Positions 24,274-38,898 of a stretch of 64,000 nucleotides of DNA are shown here, piece after piece; within the stretch, counting starts at the first letter, position 1; each line of letters opens with the position of its first letter. Source of the stretch: Catajapyx aquilonaris (lineage: Eukaryota); the NCBI GenBank assembly GCA_000934665.2, contig KZ538068.1, forward strand, positions 1 to 64,000, in the 5' to 3' direction. The notes beneath the pieces were generated by a model, which worked only from the letters and a program-made list of their open reading frames with translations, made no database searches and was not told where the DNA came from. Position numbers and translations under genes: made by a program.

Positions 24274-27200
24274 GGGCCCGGGAATTTTCTTCTCGCCCGG
24301 AGGGAAATGAATTTATGTTCTAACTACAATACGGTAGAATTAACGCGGATAGACCCTATATCAAAGCATGAACTTAAATGAGCCTGCTGGCTGAGCGTTT
24401 ATCGCAGGGAGGAGTTTCCCGCCGTGCTTTAATGAGCTTACAGATTATCCCCAGTGTTGCCAATTTAGTCCGTCAAGTATCAACTGACCACCCTTGACGT
24501 CACTCAAAAATTCCTAACCCGCAGGTTATGACACGGTCAGCCGAACTAAATTGGACGGCCTCATTCTATTCCAGGCCTTCCAGTGGGCGCACCATCGAGT
24601 GCTCTTCGCCTTACCCACCGAGAGCTGTCCAAACTCCTCATGCCCTACTCTAAAACCTGACACCTCATGCCAGCAGCATAGGCCAAATATTCCGTAAATG
24701 GGGATTCAAAATGGCCGCCTTTTTTGGCGCAGTGGGGTTGACCCATCTCAAATTTTCCCTTCCATAATATATACGATTACTTCGCATTCCTTCTCCTCCT
24801 AGTGAAGAGGTCTGCCCCAGTAACAGTCTCATTAAACCCGGCAGTTCATTCCACAAACTGACAGACTTAGGGCTCCCAGACGTTATTTTACAGCGCTATT
24901 AAAAGCTTCATTGGATTTATTTTAAGACACTGCAGTTTAGAATGCGGGGTTTCAGACCTCTGCAATCCAGACACGTTGTTCCTTGGCAAAATTCGCCATT
25001 CCTTTGCACCCTATCAGATGCGCGATGTGAATCCCCGTCACACTACACAATGTCCGCTTGGTATTCCACCCTCGACCTTCTTTTAGTTGCCTTTTCCCCC
25101 AAAAAATTTGCTGCGACCGAGCCCTCCCACCCTCTGAAATGACCATTTTCACGCTACGACCGAGCCCCAGATCCCTACTTATTCTCCCTAGAAGCAACTT
25201 AACTCGAAAGGACACTTTTAGAAGACTGCTGTCACAGTTAGTCAACGCGACTTCCGTTGGACCATTAGCACGGCTTGACAGCAGGGCCCGGTTCCTTCTG
25301 ATTCTCTTTCACGGCACAACCAAAGAGACAACAAAAGTTTGAGCCCACTAGTCCGCCTCTTTCCTCTTCCACTGAGAGAAGCTGATGGAACACAAAAAAA
25401 AATTCTCCCAAAAAAAAATCCGCTATCGTCTGCACTTGCCCATATTTCCTTTTTTTTTCGGAAATAAAAATGATTGCCACACGCTTACAATAGGACATCC
25501 TATAAGTTTTTCACATAAAAAAATTAGGACCAGGTCCACGCGCGTAAACACTAAAGGCCAGATTCTATTTAAAGAAGTGGGTATAGCCCCGGTTTGGCAC
25601 TGCGGGTTTCCTCCCCACGGCCTTTTCGACTGCTCTCAACGAAGGCCCCAAAGCACCTGCCCGACCAACCACAGCATTTGTAGTCCTTTTCATGGAAACC
25701 TTACACCCGTGCCTAACACTAACGCCACATGCTGCGAAACATCTCCATTATACGCCCCATTTACAAAAGCATATGCTATAGGAGTGCAATTCTTTCAGCT
25801 CAATACCTGTACCGGACTGTACGCGACTATATGTCCTTTAAACATCCAGTCTGCTCAATGCGCGCAAAGGAATGCCACAAGTTTAATTACAGCACTTACT
25901 TCAACTGCGCACATTCCAAGGAGCACGCAAGAACCCCGCATTTATTCCACCTCACGACTTTCAAAGTGCTGTTTCAACACCTCCAAACGCGGAAGCGTGA
26001 AAAGGGAATTTTCGCAGACGCCCTTCTTCCCCTCTCCCTTTTTTTCATCCTCCTCTTCTTCTTCCCTCTCACCTAACATCTCCCATTCCGTCACTCTTCC
26101 TAGAAAGGCATCCCAAGAAAGCAGCCGATTCCTGCACACACAAAAAAGGCCCGAAAGAGGGACGGACATACTCTTTTTCTCCCCCTTTTCTCCAAACTTC
26201 TTTTTTCTTCTTCTTCTTCTAGCTGGCATCCCTCCTCCAATCCAAATGCGCGGAAAATCAATCTGGCCGAAGGTAGTGACAGGGTGGCAAGGCACGTCGA
26301 TGATGGGAACCGATGCAGGCACTAGCCCTAAGGCACCTATTCCCCCAAAAATCTGCAATTCCCCCCCCCCCCCCCCCTCCCAAAAAAANAAATAATCTGC
26401 ATTTAGTCCCATCCCAGTCTTTTACATGCACTTCCGATGACGTGATGCACGATGCAATTAAGTCAGGTGCTGCACCACCAGCCTTCAGGGAGTAGTGTAG
26501 AGCTGTCAATTGCTGGATAATCAATCAATGTGCCCTCTAAACATGGCAGGTACTGTGACGCCAAATAACGACTGTTTTGTCCAGCGTGATAAGCGTACAA
26601 TGCACAATCCACGTGCGTCAACCGTTGGATATACACCCTAATTACTCAAGCAAAATCCTCGTGACCACACAAGTGCACTATATCTGAAGAGCTCTTCAGC
26701 ATCAGCTCTAGTTAGAAGACTCTTCTGAAAGCCATTAAACCTCCTCAGAAATACTGTGGAAAAAAAAGTCTATAGGTGGTGGAAACTGCAGTCATGCACG
26801 TGCCTAGAGGTGTAAGGTAGGGGGTGGAGCGGCCGGGGGGAATGAAATTATCCCGCAGATGGAACCGGGAAGAAAAGGCGGAACGTTTCCAATCAGGCAT
26901 TTATAGCAAGAAACAGGTCTCTTCTCCCAGGAGGGAAAATCCCCCCGAGTCCCGTGTTCCCTTCACAGCCCACCAACCTGTATTCGCTCGTGGGAGATTG
27001 GCTTGTAACGAAGCCTATTTAGCGATCAGACGTGGAAGATCGCGGCGGGGTTCAGAATTCCCAACTACGCCTAGAGAACAGAGAGAACTCGCGAAGGTCC
27101 TACCCTTCAACCTCACTACTGCCCCTTTTTCCCCCCCTCAAACTTTCGCCCCCCAAGACTAACGAGGTTTCCTGCCAGATTTCCATTTCAGATCCCTATC

Positions 27201-27863
27201 AAAAATGAAAACTCTGCAGGAAAAAAAAATTGAATCGAACAATGTACTAGCTCATATCAAGTTCCGCCAGCAAACAGATGTTTAACCTCTGTAAACGATT
27301 TCCATGTCTCTGCACAAAGACTCAACTTGACACTCGCACAACTTCCTCCTTCAGGCATTCAAGCCAGGTTTGCTAAGACATCCCCCCATCCCAACTCCTT
27401 ACCGTACCTCCCAGCCATCCAAGTTCTGTCCCCGCAGATAATAATGCAAACTTATTATTCTACGTCACTCCCAGCGAGCGTCGGGGACCTTGTTGTTCAG
27501 CGCGGAGCATGTGGCAAGACTTCAAATGGACTTCATTTCGAATCTCCCAAGTTGTCTTTCAAGGGACGAGGGGGCTTCTTCCCCTGGGGGGAGAACCGCT
27601 GCTAGAATAGGCCCGAATACCCTGGGCCCAGGGAAAACCATCAGCTCCGCACAATACCCCTAGCCCCCGAGCTGCACGTATGACTCTGACAGCTGTGAGC
27701 CATAAACGCCATGCACTCGCCCAGAATTATCCGCCTGTACTTGTTCATGCACCTAATGCACATCGCTCCATTCATAGCGCGATACGCCGACACCTTCCTC
27801 TATAATAATCTGCAGCATCAATTTCATAAATTATGGATGGGGGATGTGCAGAAGGACATATGT

Positions 27864-27962
27864 ACTAGCCGCGATACCCGTTCTTCGAACGGCGCGGCGC
27901 GCGGTGTTCAGAATCCCGTTCTTCGCATGGCGCGGCGTTCAGAATCCCGTTCGTCGCACAGC
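27864..27962 (+). mobile_element. Helitron/Helentron-like non-autonomous element end with 31-bp minisatellite
   Basis: ACTAGCCGCGATACCCGTTCTTCGAACGG resembles the ACTAGC..CCCG..TTCG..CGG ends of arthropod non-autonomous rolling-circle elements; followed by about 2.5 copies of GTTCAGAATCCCGTTCTTCGCATGGCGCGGC. Confidence 0.42.
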
Positions 27963-30900
27963 CCCTTTCCGTGGTTTGATTTTTGCTGCAGTCGCCATGG
28001 ACAAACAATGTTCCTCTGGAAGAAGTGCATACAGGTGAGGCTACACTACTTGTATGAAGCCTGGATTGAGGCTACAATCGAATGACCTACAAGGTGTTAG
28101 AAATCCCATAGCGCGGCATCCAGCGAAAAGGCTCGTCTGTAAATGGGGCAAAGGCCTCGTCCCAGCCCCAGCCATCGCTCTCCCATGCAGATTGCAGGCG
28201 GTCACACCCGCGTCCGATCGATACCCGGTCATGGTCAGGTATACCCCAGCCAGAAGAGCCTCCTTTGCTTCCAGTCTGTGCAAAATTCACCATCTCTCCA
28301 CCCCACTCTCCTTCCTTTTCCCTTTGCTGCCTGGGCTCAAACCGTGTTTGTTATTCCTCACTTCATTGTTTTGCACACGAAAGCGTCATGAATATTTTAC
28401 TCGCAGCCGAGGTTTCGTTTACAGAATGGCCCTTTTCCTCCTGCCGCCCCTGCAAAGCTCAAGATGGATTTGCAACCATAGACTCTGGGACCCCGGATCG
28501 GTTGTAGCCGCCGCCCTTTCTGATATACACCGCTCGTAATTACACGTCCTAACAATTAGGCCTTCATCAAAATTGCACCGGGTTGACGCTGACTCCCGGT
28601 TAATGTTTTATCAGGGCTTCCACTTCATCTTTATGCAAATGCAAACATGATTCCATCCTCGGCCCGCCTAATCCGTTTGCGGCTCTTCCCCTTCTCTTAA
28701 GCAAGATCCCTGTAGTATAGACAATGCATTGGAATTGTGCGCTTTATTTTGGGACGTGTTGCCCAAAACCCCGGGCCACAAATTTTCCAACAAGTTCGGG
28801 GGAAGGCCCTCCGTGGACTTGGCGACAAAGGACTACAAATGAACCGGTCGGCAAAACCGCCACGGCATATGAATGCTCCCGTTATCATCGTGATTTACAT
28901 TCGGAAAAGGGGGAGGCCCTTCCTGTACCAATCGTCATTTGCGACTACAACCTTCCATCATAGTTCAATTAATTCGCAAAGCATGTTTCAAAAACCGGAC
29001 AAACACCGGAATTCCTGAGTTACAAGCCATTACGTAACATGGAGAGTATCCAAACATCGTGACAAGTATTACGTCATTCTTGGCATAACAGGTTCGTTCA
29101 TTTCGAGGGATTTTCATGTATCGCGAATAACATGAGCGGTACAAGGCCGTGTAACTATTGTAATAAATGTTATAGCCCATACAACTACTGTATTTATAAT
29201 GCATTCAGTAATGAACATTTTCAATCAAATATAGGCTATACCCCGTATCGCCTCCAAGTCACATAACAAGCCGTTTGTACTTCTCCATAAAGATTTAATA
29301 TCAATGAAAGCTTGATATGCGTATTATTGCACACTCCATGCATAAACACGAATAAAGTACCCTTAATGTGTACGTAGTTACACTTCAATGACTAAAACGG
29401 TGTACCAATACGACCATTACACGTGCAGTGATGTTACGTAGTGTCGTATGATACACATACGAAAGTGTGTAATATTGCGCATACCAAGTTTTGATGACAT
29501 TACAAATGATGAACCCTGAACTGCCCAAATTCCATCATTTCACCACAGCTTCTAACCATCGATTTCCTCACTTCTTCCCCCCCGGATTCCGCCGGATTAT
29601 TGCAGATCCCCAAGTTCTGGACACAGCCAATGCCAGTACGCACTTTCTTGTTTTTTTGGCTCGAACACCCCGCGACGCATTTTAATTTGCAGCGTCAACT
29701 ACAACTGCATTGCAGGGTCTATCCAGCAAACCTGCAAAGCTCCCCCCCCCCCCTTTCCTAACACCCTCTATTAGGCCATTACCATGCAGAATAACCTGAA
29801 CTCACGAAGACCTACAGTGCCTGAGAACTGCGACCGGACTACCCCCGACAGCAATACCCTTCGATTTAAGTAATTCCTTCGTTCTGCATACCAATTTTTT
29901 TTCTCTCTCTATCTCTTCCCCATCCGGATTTTCCGCAGTGCATTAAATCCACCACCTCCGGAACCCTTAGGGACCAAAGGCGTGTCATCATCCGTCGTGT
30001 CTTGACCGGCGTTATCAGGCCCCCGGATCCCAATATGAAGAAGTGCACTTTTGTGTTCTCCTCCGAAATGACCGTCTCACGTCCACACGGAGAGCATCAT
30101 CCTGATGAATTTGACTCGCGTAAAAGCTGCATCCAGGCCTGGGGAGGTAGGAGGGGGAGGGGGGAGGGGGATCCAGATAAACGAGCCCCAAACTGAACTG
30201 ATTCCCCCTAGTTGGTTAAATTGAGGAAGCGAGGTCAAGGCGGCGCCTGCTCTCCATCTCCCGACGACGTAAATGTGCGCAAAATGGCCTCGAGATGCGC
30301 TACCGCCATATACATCAGCATTACCATCGCCCTTTTGTACACATAGCCTCCTCCGCAGACCATCCCTCTATACCAGCTAGCCTCCTCCCAGGTCCCAGCC
30401 ACAACTCGCCTCAACTCCATCTAGCGAATCCTGCAGGTGTCACAATGCAAATATATCCGGCTATTGAGCTTGACTAAAACGAGCCAACCCATTAGCCCGT
30501 CGACGGAACAAAAGGCGAAACAAACTGGGCCTAGGCGCCGTCGTCCTTAGCAGACATCGACACAAACCGGCTCTGGAGCTGGCACAAAAGCATGGGGGGT
30601 CCCATTTCTCCTGCTCCTTCCTTGGCAATTATGCTCCCGTTCGTAACCAACACGGAGCATTTAGATAAAAGGGAATCCGTGTCGCCAAAGCTCTCCAAGC
30701 CGGTGATTTATTCCAAATTAAACACTTCCTGCACACTAATGCCCTGAGAAAAAATTCGCAGCAACCCGGGTTCACACTGGCATCGTTGAGATCCACCAAT
30801 CATCAGGTAAGCTACATCCTCCAGGGGCGCCATCTCCAGGTTCACCCATGTCAGCCACGATAAGACCCCAGCTAACGCTCCAATGGCTTCACACTGGCAC

Positions 30901-31010
30901 GGGCCCCATGGTACTGCTTTGCAATGCAAGTACCCGAGTTCTACATGCTCCTTCTCCTAGATAATACCCTCCAGCCTCCTCTCCGTCTGCACCGGGAGGC
31001 GGCTGAGGGA

Positions 31011-31076
31011 GAAGAGGCGTTGGGGGGACGAAGAGGCGTTGGGGGGACGAAGAGGCGTTGGGGGGACGAAGAGGCG
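31011..31076. repeat. Perfect minisatellite, 3.5 x 19 bp (GAAGAGGCGTTGGGGGGAC)
   Basis: Identical units at 31011, 31030 and 31049, partial unit at 31068. Confidence 0.95.
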
Positions 31077-34000
31077 CGGCTGTGGGAGGTATAAGGATGA
31101 GTACGGGTGGGGTCCATTTTGCGTCCTCGGAGGCGGAATGTCACCTTGGAAGTCGAGCGAAATGGGAGCATACAAATGACGGTAATCCGAGGGAGCGTGT
31201 GAGGGTGCAGAGAGAGCCCATCCACGCCAGTATTTATGGGTCCTCTCGCACCACGCGCTTCATTTTTGAAATTCCTCTACCCGCTGGGATATTATACCCG
31301 GACCGAACCTCACTTCGTCCCCTACATTTTTTTTTTAGTGGGGAGGAAAAGTCCCTCGTGTCAAAGGATTGCCGGAACTCTGTCCCCCCTTTTCGCCTTA
31401 TGAAGTCCGTCCGTGAAGTCGCATTTCCTCGACACAGGAAGTATGGAAGTCCGCCTGGAAACGCTGCGGGTCTTCGCCACATAAAAAGGGTGGATGGGAC
31501 CAGGGCCAGCCAGTCTTTTTGTACTGCGACACAGTGCTGCAACCTCCCAAATATTGCAAATTTTATTCCACAAAAATTTCATTCTATAAAATAATCATCA
31601 TCGCCGGACATCAACTGTCCACTTCATAAAAAACCGTGCCCACTGTGCATATTACCGGTTGCAAGGCTTCTGGGATAAAAGATACATGACTCGCGACTTG
31701 CCACATGCGGCAACGTCCAGCATTCATTTGCTATGCACATGACCGCCGCCCAGTAGTGCTACTTTTTTATGGCGCTATTTTGGCCACGATAGTCTCCCTC
31801 TGCAAGGGCTGTTAGTTGAAACCAAACATACGCTCTCCTAGCCCTTATTCCTAGAGGCCTCGTCCTATGAGATCCCAACATTATCAGCGTCTGCCAACAC
31901 GACCGCAGCCCCGATTCAACCACGCGTTCTCATTAAAATTCGATGCTATTCTGAGTAAACGGTCATGAAATTCCTGCATCCTCTCTCACTTTCCAACCCA
32001 CGTTCTACAGATGGTCAACCATGCAGACAAAAAGCCTCTCAATAATTGATAGCTTCGAGTATGATTTACGCTGCCTATCAAGTCCTCCCGGGCTGGGCAA
32101 TATGCCATATAGGCCTTCACATATCTGATGCCAATCACATCCATCCTTCTTGCCTGATGTACCCTGACTATTTTTGCCGCCCGCAAATTCAATGCCAAAT
32201 GGCACGACACCACACATAAATTTCATCTTAACGGGCTATATCTCCCTGAAATACGTGGCAGCCATAGTAACTACCACAAAAATTTACTCCAATTAAATTT
32301 TTTTCCGCCTCTTCATCTCCAGTAACACCGCAGTTTCCCAGGGCGAAGAACTTGCACCGCTCAACCGCTCCAGGGCCTCATTTCCGCCCAACGTCCAAGC
32401 CAAAAACGGCCCCAAGATGGCCGAAGAGAATGGCCAATCCCTCCACCACCGCCACCCTTTATTTGTACAGCGCACTGCATTCCCGCCCACTCATATTACC
32501 TTCCTCAGTCACGGACGACTTGACATTATCTCCCCTCCTATATACCCTCCCATTCGCCATCCAACCAGGCTCATCCTCCAGATTGTTTCATCATTTCGAT
32601 CATCTCGGATAACCCACTCTTTCGGAGAAGTGGGCACGACCACCGATGATCGTGGCCGGTGCATATACTGCGCAGGGTGGTCCACGATCAACTCGACCAT
32701 GGCTTTAACCCAATATTGGAAACACAGTCTGTGAAATTTGCGTAATTAGGTTTAATACGAATCTAAGACGGTTCACGCTGTATTAGCATCGTTCGGGCAA
32801 AAATTTAATCACATCTGAAGGTTAGTAATAAATTCCTCCAGTTCCCTGCCCACCCTTCTGGAGTGGTCAAATCCACTTTAGCACCCTTCAAAAACCGACT
32901 TGTTTATTACTGGCAGCATCCACCCTTGACACACCGCTTGAAAAAACACTATCCATACAATACCATATGAGACGCAGCATACCACCCGAAATAAATAACT
33001 TAATCCCAAACGGGCCGTATAACTCCCCGTAATTTATCGACCCATCCAATTAATCCACGAGGTAATATACGGTCCTTTCTAAAATCCCGGGCATGACGCA
33101 CTTGCATTGTCCATATCACACACCTACTGGCACTATCAGCAAGGTGACGCAAGTATAAACTTACGTCAAGTACACACAGCCTTGACCTCCCTGACCCCCC
33201 AACTTGACCTCCTGTGACATCCCCAAACAAAACACAACCGCTCTTTTACATTCAAGTGGTCCCACCCACTCCGGAAAAAAACCCCTCCCATTATCAAATT
33301 ACCACTCCAATATTCCACTTGTTGCCCAGCTCCGCGCCATCTTAAATCACAATTTCAAGCTTTCCAATTTTTTTCCCTCTCTGTAACTCAGCCTATACGA
33401 TTAGCCTCCTTTTTCATCCGGAAGATTCACTATATGAAACCCTCCCATCGTGCTCCCCTCCCAGTTAACTCAATTCCCCTACCCTCTCTCCTAAATTGAA
33501 TCCCTTCATGCAGTGCTCATTATTCTGTCGAAATTGATACACCGCTCCCAAGTTTTGGCGTGAAAGCACTAGATTTTGGTGGGAGGAAATAGGTAGGAAA
33601 AGGCTTCCTACCCATCTTACTAAAACTTCACGATGGGCCCAAATCTGTCCTAACATAATTGTAGTCTGCTCTTCGACAACCACAGAGTTAATCACTCCAG
33701 GCGATGTAACTAAGCGGTAAAAAAAATCGAAAAAAAGGTAGCAAATTGAATTGTCCTATAGCTTTTTTCTATTGAATTACTGGGGGTATGGATCGAAACT
33801 TGCTAATCAATATTTCAGATTCGCATATTCGCCCATTATGTCTATTATTATTGTGGTTTTTCAAATCGACTTGGACGGTAATTAAACCCCATTTTTTCCC
33901 GAAAAAAATCTCGCTTCACATGCCATTAAGCGTAAAATTTCCCTCCCGTTTGATCGCACAAAACAAAAATGGGGCCAGGCAGCATGGGGGGGAAAACATA

Positions 34001-36117
34001 GCCTAGGGTCTTGACGGATTGTTGTAAATGCAACGCGTGCGCTCGCAGACAAATCACTATAGTCAACTTTGATCACATTTTACTGATGGGGGCCACCCTC
34101 ACCCCACTGCAAAAGCGCGGGAGCTGGCAGGCATATCGCATATGCCCCTAGGGTTAGCAAATGGGATACGCGGGTGTAGCACAGTAACATGGGCGACGAG
34201 TACACCTGCCTTTGTCCCTAGGGATCAAGTTGTATCCCACCTCAGTGCCACGTTTCGCACGCTGCCTACCCACCCGTTAAAAAAAAATGCAATGTACAAA
34301 CTGACCAGCTGGGTACGCCACTATAGTGGATATCAGTACACACATCTACGAAAGCATTTTCTGCTGAGCTTATTCCCCAATGAGACATCCTCAAATGAAA
34401 ACCAGTCAACAAAAGCCTTTTTTTCTGAGAGTCATGTATCGCCCACGTAGCGAAGACAAGCTTTATCATCGTTGGAACAATTGCATTTTTCCTCCGCCCT
34501 TCTTTTAAACTACTTTTCACGTCACAAGATAACGCCCACTTAGTACTCTTCCGTTCCTATTACCCCTGAACAAAAGCGGCTCGGATATTAATAATACTCT
34601 CATGATAATAGTTTTTTACACACACAAAAAGTTTCGCAATTTCGCCTAGGAAATGCAGCGCACCTTCTGCTTCTGACGCACATTACCCCTGCAGCGATGC
34701 TGTAACTTACATTAGATATCGGAGCGTTCAAAAATACACCCAGGTGTTGCGACCCACTTCGCCGAATGCCACTTCTGCGAGCAAATCTGGAATCGATAAC
34801 TGATTTTCCTTTCCGTTTTTTTTTTCGGCCAACTCGACCTTTCACTTCCAGGTTTTACGTCACGTGTCTTGACACTTCACATACACAAGTACTTGAGACT
34901 CTGTAACCAACACCTGCTCCGACTCGGTTCACGTGCTCGACTAGTGCAGATCGCGAAAAATGCATGGCCGCCTATCGCCTTCAAGGCCATATTCATACTG
35001 CACATGGTTCCAAGACCTGATTAGACCCCCGCAATCATGCCTGCCAACATTCCTCCGGTCCAATGTCAACATGCAATCCCCATGTATTCTAGAATATCTA
35101 ATACCCTGACTCTAGACCGGGGCATGAGTCAATACCAAAAATGGGCAGAATTTAATATCCCGGCGCAGCTGCGTTATCGTCAACCCTAACAAGTTGTGCA
35201 AAGGGATGGGTTAACGAGGACAAAGTACACACCGCCAGATACAGTACGTCTGCGGAAAATCGTTCATGTTCATAATTTCTGCTACCAGAACTGGTAATCA
35301 CATTAAATGTACAGTCTAGCCTCGACTCAGACTGTCACACAACTAGGCATCTCCTGGCAAAACTCGCAATTCTCCCATTGACATTACTTCCCCTCTTCCC
35401 CTTCATATTATCACCTACTGACAAATTGATGCCATTTGTAAACCCCTCCAGTATCGGCCTGGGCAGCGGTCTCTGATAATTCCCAAACTAATCAGGATCG
35501 GCCAGACAAATGCTTGCGGAGCGTGCTCCAAGACGGAACCCGACTCCTTAGCTTCGGCTACTTTCGGATCTGGCCCTACCTAAACACATAACGTCTGAAA
35601 GGAGCCATAATTTCTCGCTTTGATCTCAGTAAATTCCCCTCGGTGTTAGTGGGGACGTCGAACTGGCTCCCCCACATTCTTCGGTTCAGATCTCACGAGA
35701 ATGCTTCAAAAATCGAGAGTTCCCATCAGTACACAAACAAGGCTGTAAATGCTATTTTCGGTACGGTTTACATTGCTCCTCGAAAATAAACATGTCAATT
35801 TTCTTATACACCGCTGCGCTCGAGTTGCACTTCCTTGAGACGTCTGCTATTCGGGAGCTGAGAAAGGCAACAGATGTCCAGAAGTGGGACAATGCTGGGT
35901 GTCGAAAAGAGAGGGTGGTTTTCGCCACAGTTACCGAATTTATGCGCCGCTTTGTAGTTCCCCCGCCTTCACACTACATACGTTTGGCGACGAACGTTAC
36001 TTTCGAAACGATGCAATTCGCCAATCAGCGCTTCATATACTTTGTCGTCACTATCTTCAACCGATATTCGGACAATTTACCATCATTGGACACGACTTCT
36101 ATTATTTGTGACGGATA

Positions 36118-36352
36118 GGCGTCACCATGGTCTTAGAATACTAAGGTCTGGACACTCCCACTTACCGCCTGCCGGGGCGTTTTGCACGCCGGCGGCCATG
36201 AAGCGCTTCCCTTTTGTACCTATAAAGTTCAGCGTAGTCCGGTAGGGTCGCCACATAATAGCTCCGTGAAAGGTCTCATGGCGCTCTCAGGTGAGCACCT
36301 CATGCAAAACGCCCCGGCAGGCGATTAGATCCTAGGGGCTGGGCGTCACCAT
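36118..36352. mobile_element. MITE-like element with 21-bp perfect inverted repeat and 11-bp flanking direct repeat (Mutator-like?)
   Basis: CGCCTGCCGGGGCGTTTTGCA (36166-36186) is the reverse complement of 36303-36323; direct repeat GGCGTCACCAT at 36118-36128 and 36342-36352. Confidence 0.55.
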
Positions 36353-38878
36353 CAGGCGTCGTGGTCCAACAAAAATCGGATTCCGGCGCGTGTCAAACGA
36401 GGCTACCACTCTACTCATTACAAATCTCCTAGCCTCTCACAGGCAGCGATGGCAATCCCAACGGGTGTCCATGACATTTTACAAACCTAACAATCATGAA
36501 GCCGTTTTACTCAACAACCGTGCCTTTCTCCCAACTCTCATGCTTGAGAATCGCCCCATCCCNCAGATAACACCCATCCCGTGCGAATCTTCCAACACGA
36601 CGTGAAGACGAGTCTCTAGCGCAACCACCAGAAAAGCACTGTTTTTCGTGGTTGGTCGGCGGACGTGCACAGTGCTCCTACCCACAATTTCACGCTCCGA
36701 CATTCGCCTTACAGCAAGTCACGTTCTGGCCATACCAGCACGTAACTATGACACAGCATCCCAAAAAAATAATTATCCTACAACTGCAATGAACTTTTTT
36801 TTTTTGTAGTATGCTGACCCACTGAACTGTTCTAAACATCAATCACGCCTTGGTCAGCAATGTCCCCTGTGCACAAGTTGGCCATCACCCACCCACTTTC
36901 CCACCCATCCCTCGTCATTATCCGTTGGATCTGTAAACAAGTGCTTGCAGGACCCTCTCCCACACCATATATACCCTCAGCCTACCCACCCTGTGCTCAT
37001 TCACCGTGCAAACGGATTCCGGTTACTGGCGTGCGAATAAATTCCCCAGTCCACCCAAACGTTTGATTTAGGATTTGGAGTGCTGAACACCATCAGTTTG
37101 GGTTTCGGTGGGAGGGAGATAACGTGGGAGGGTTTGTTGTTTGGCTTGGAATGCTACGAATTTACGTTCGGATATTGGATGGGAATGGCAGAGAGAGGGG
37201 CTCGCGGAAACTGTTTAAAACCGTAAGATTCTGGTGGGAAACTGCCGAGTCGACGTCGGCCATTATTCATTAATGCCTGGAAAGTTCGCCCAGGAGAAAC
37301 CGGCAGAAATTAGGGTTCATGCCCGAGTCACCATTTCCCAAAACGTGTTGTCATACTCAAAGCTTCAAATGCACGGATTGTAATAGTTTTTTGAGAGCGT
37401 TCCTCTTAAACTGTGAGTTGAACAGTGAAGTTACTTTTTGCCTAGTCGGATCATATCACAATTTTCAATTATTTCCAACTTCAAATGGTCACAAAAAAAG
37501 GTTAGGCGAATTTGTAGAGAATTTTTCGGCAATTTTGCTCAATTTTTTTAGCGGCTTATTGGTCGTGAAAAGTAAAATTTCATAAAATAAATCATGTTCG
37601 TACAATCTGGCAATGTGGTAGAAGCCAGTAATTCACATAGTGTACATTAACTCAATTAATATCAATTTTAGGCAAGAGTATGCAACTCTAAAAATTGAGC
37701 ATTACCTATAACATTTCCAGCAAAATTCATAGAGAAAATATAAGTTAGGAAAAATTACAAAATGGTTATTTTCACATTCCTCGGTTGAGAATCTAATTAC
37801 GCGAAAACTCTCACTTTTTCATCTAAATTATTAACAAAACCAACCTCATTAAAAGTTATCGCGATCAGTACAGCAATATCCTGGTTGGTGCAGTATTTAG
37901 AAAGGGTGGATAATTTTACATCCTGGTTGCCTGCCTAGACTCACATAAAGCCCAATTCGTCCCAACGCCATTCGGTCGAAAACCTTAAGTCCTCCAAAAT
38001 TAGCAACCCAGAGATGAAGAAGGTCCCTGGTGAAACTTGGTACAGACGAACCACATTTTAACAACCGACTTGCTCATAAATAACACCGAGGCTTGGATGA
38101 ATGCATACAGAATTGCAATTTGGCGTGGGTGGAAGGCTGCAGCTCCCGAAAACCTTGGTACCCCTAATCCTACCCATGCCTCCCTCAAAGCCTAGCCCAC
38201 CCCCTGGGTTCATTTGAGTCCGGATTTTGAGCTCGGAGGGGAACGAATTCATCCTGTTGTTTTAGCTACCCTCGATAGTGCCGCTTAAAACATACCCACC
38301 AGATATGAGTTTTGCTCNCCCCCCCATAAAAAAAGTACACCGATTGAACCCCAATTATTTAAATGGGCAGACCTTGGTGTTGATGCAACACGTTAGCGCC
38401 CTTGTATAATGCCACCCGCAGAAATTATATCGCCAACCATTATGCGGAGTGTATAGCCGGTGGGCTCCCATCACATCCTGTCATGCGTGAATGGCCTTGT
38501 CAAGTCTGACAAAATTACTAAATCTGGAAAAGCGGCATTGTTACGTGTCAACCCATGACGTGCCAATGAGCGGAGTTTGTTATTCACACATATGACGGCA
38601 GGGTTGCACAACATCACGCCTTGACACTGGACCACACACGCCAACTGCCCAACCCTACGCTTGTTTTATTTACATATCCTCTCCGCCGTGATGCCAGCTT
38701 CGGGTATTGAGCACTTCTATTAACAAAATCAATGCCAGCGGACGGGTCCGGTCAGCAAATCCACCCAACCTTTCCATTATGATACATTAATCTAATCCGG
38801 GGCTATTTGGGCGGCCGGAAGCAGCTCCTCCCAACACCCAGCCCTTGGCTACGTGATATCAACCCATCCTCTCGACAT

Positions 38879-38898
38879 NNNNNNNNNNNNNNNNNNNN
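38879..38898. other. Assembly gap (20 N) next to poly-C
   Basis: Run of N. Confidence 0.99.

Noticed and set aside
23871..24323. 150-aa ORF and similar flanks (TCGGCCCGTGAA and TCGGGCCCGGGAA) across the gap
   Set aside because: ORF is an artefact of the N run; the flank similarity may be low-quality sequence beside poly-A.
25385..26395. Longest ORF (336 aa, plus strand)
   Set aside because: No recognisable domain; composition driven by A, T and C homopolymer runs; antisense to mbl; ends at an N.
26684..26699. 16-bp perfect palindrome CTGAAGAGCTCTTCAG
   Set aside because: About one such palindrome is expected by chance in 64 kb.
31011..31076. CRISPR-like array
   Set aside because: Head-to-tail repeats without spacers in eukaryotic DNA; the same applies to 27877-27960.
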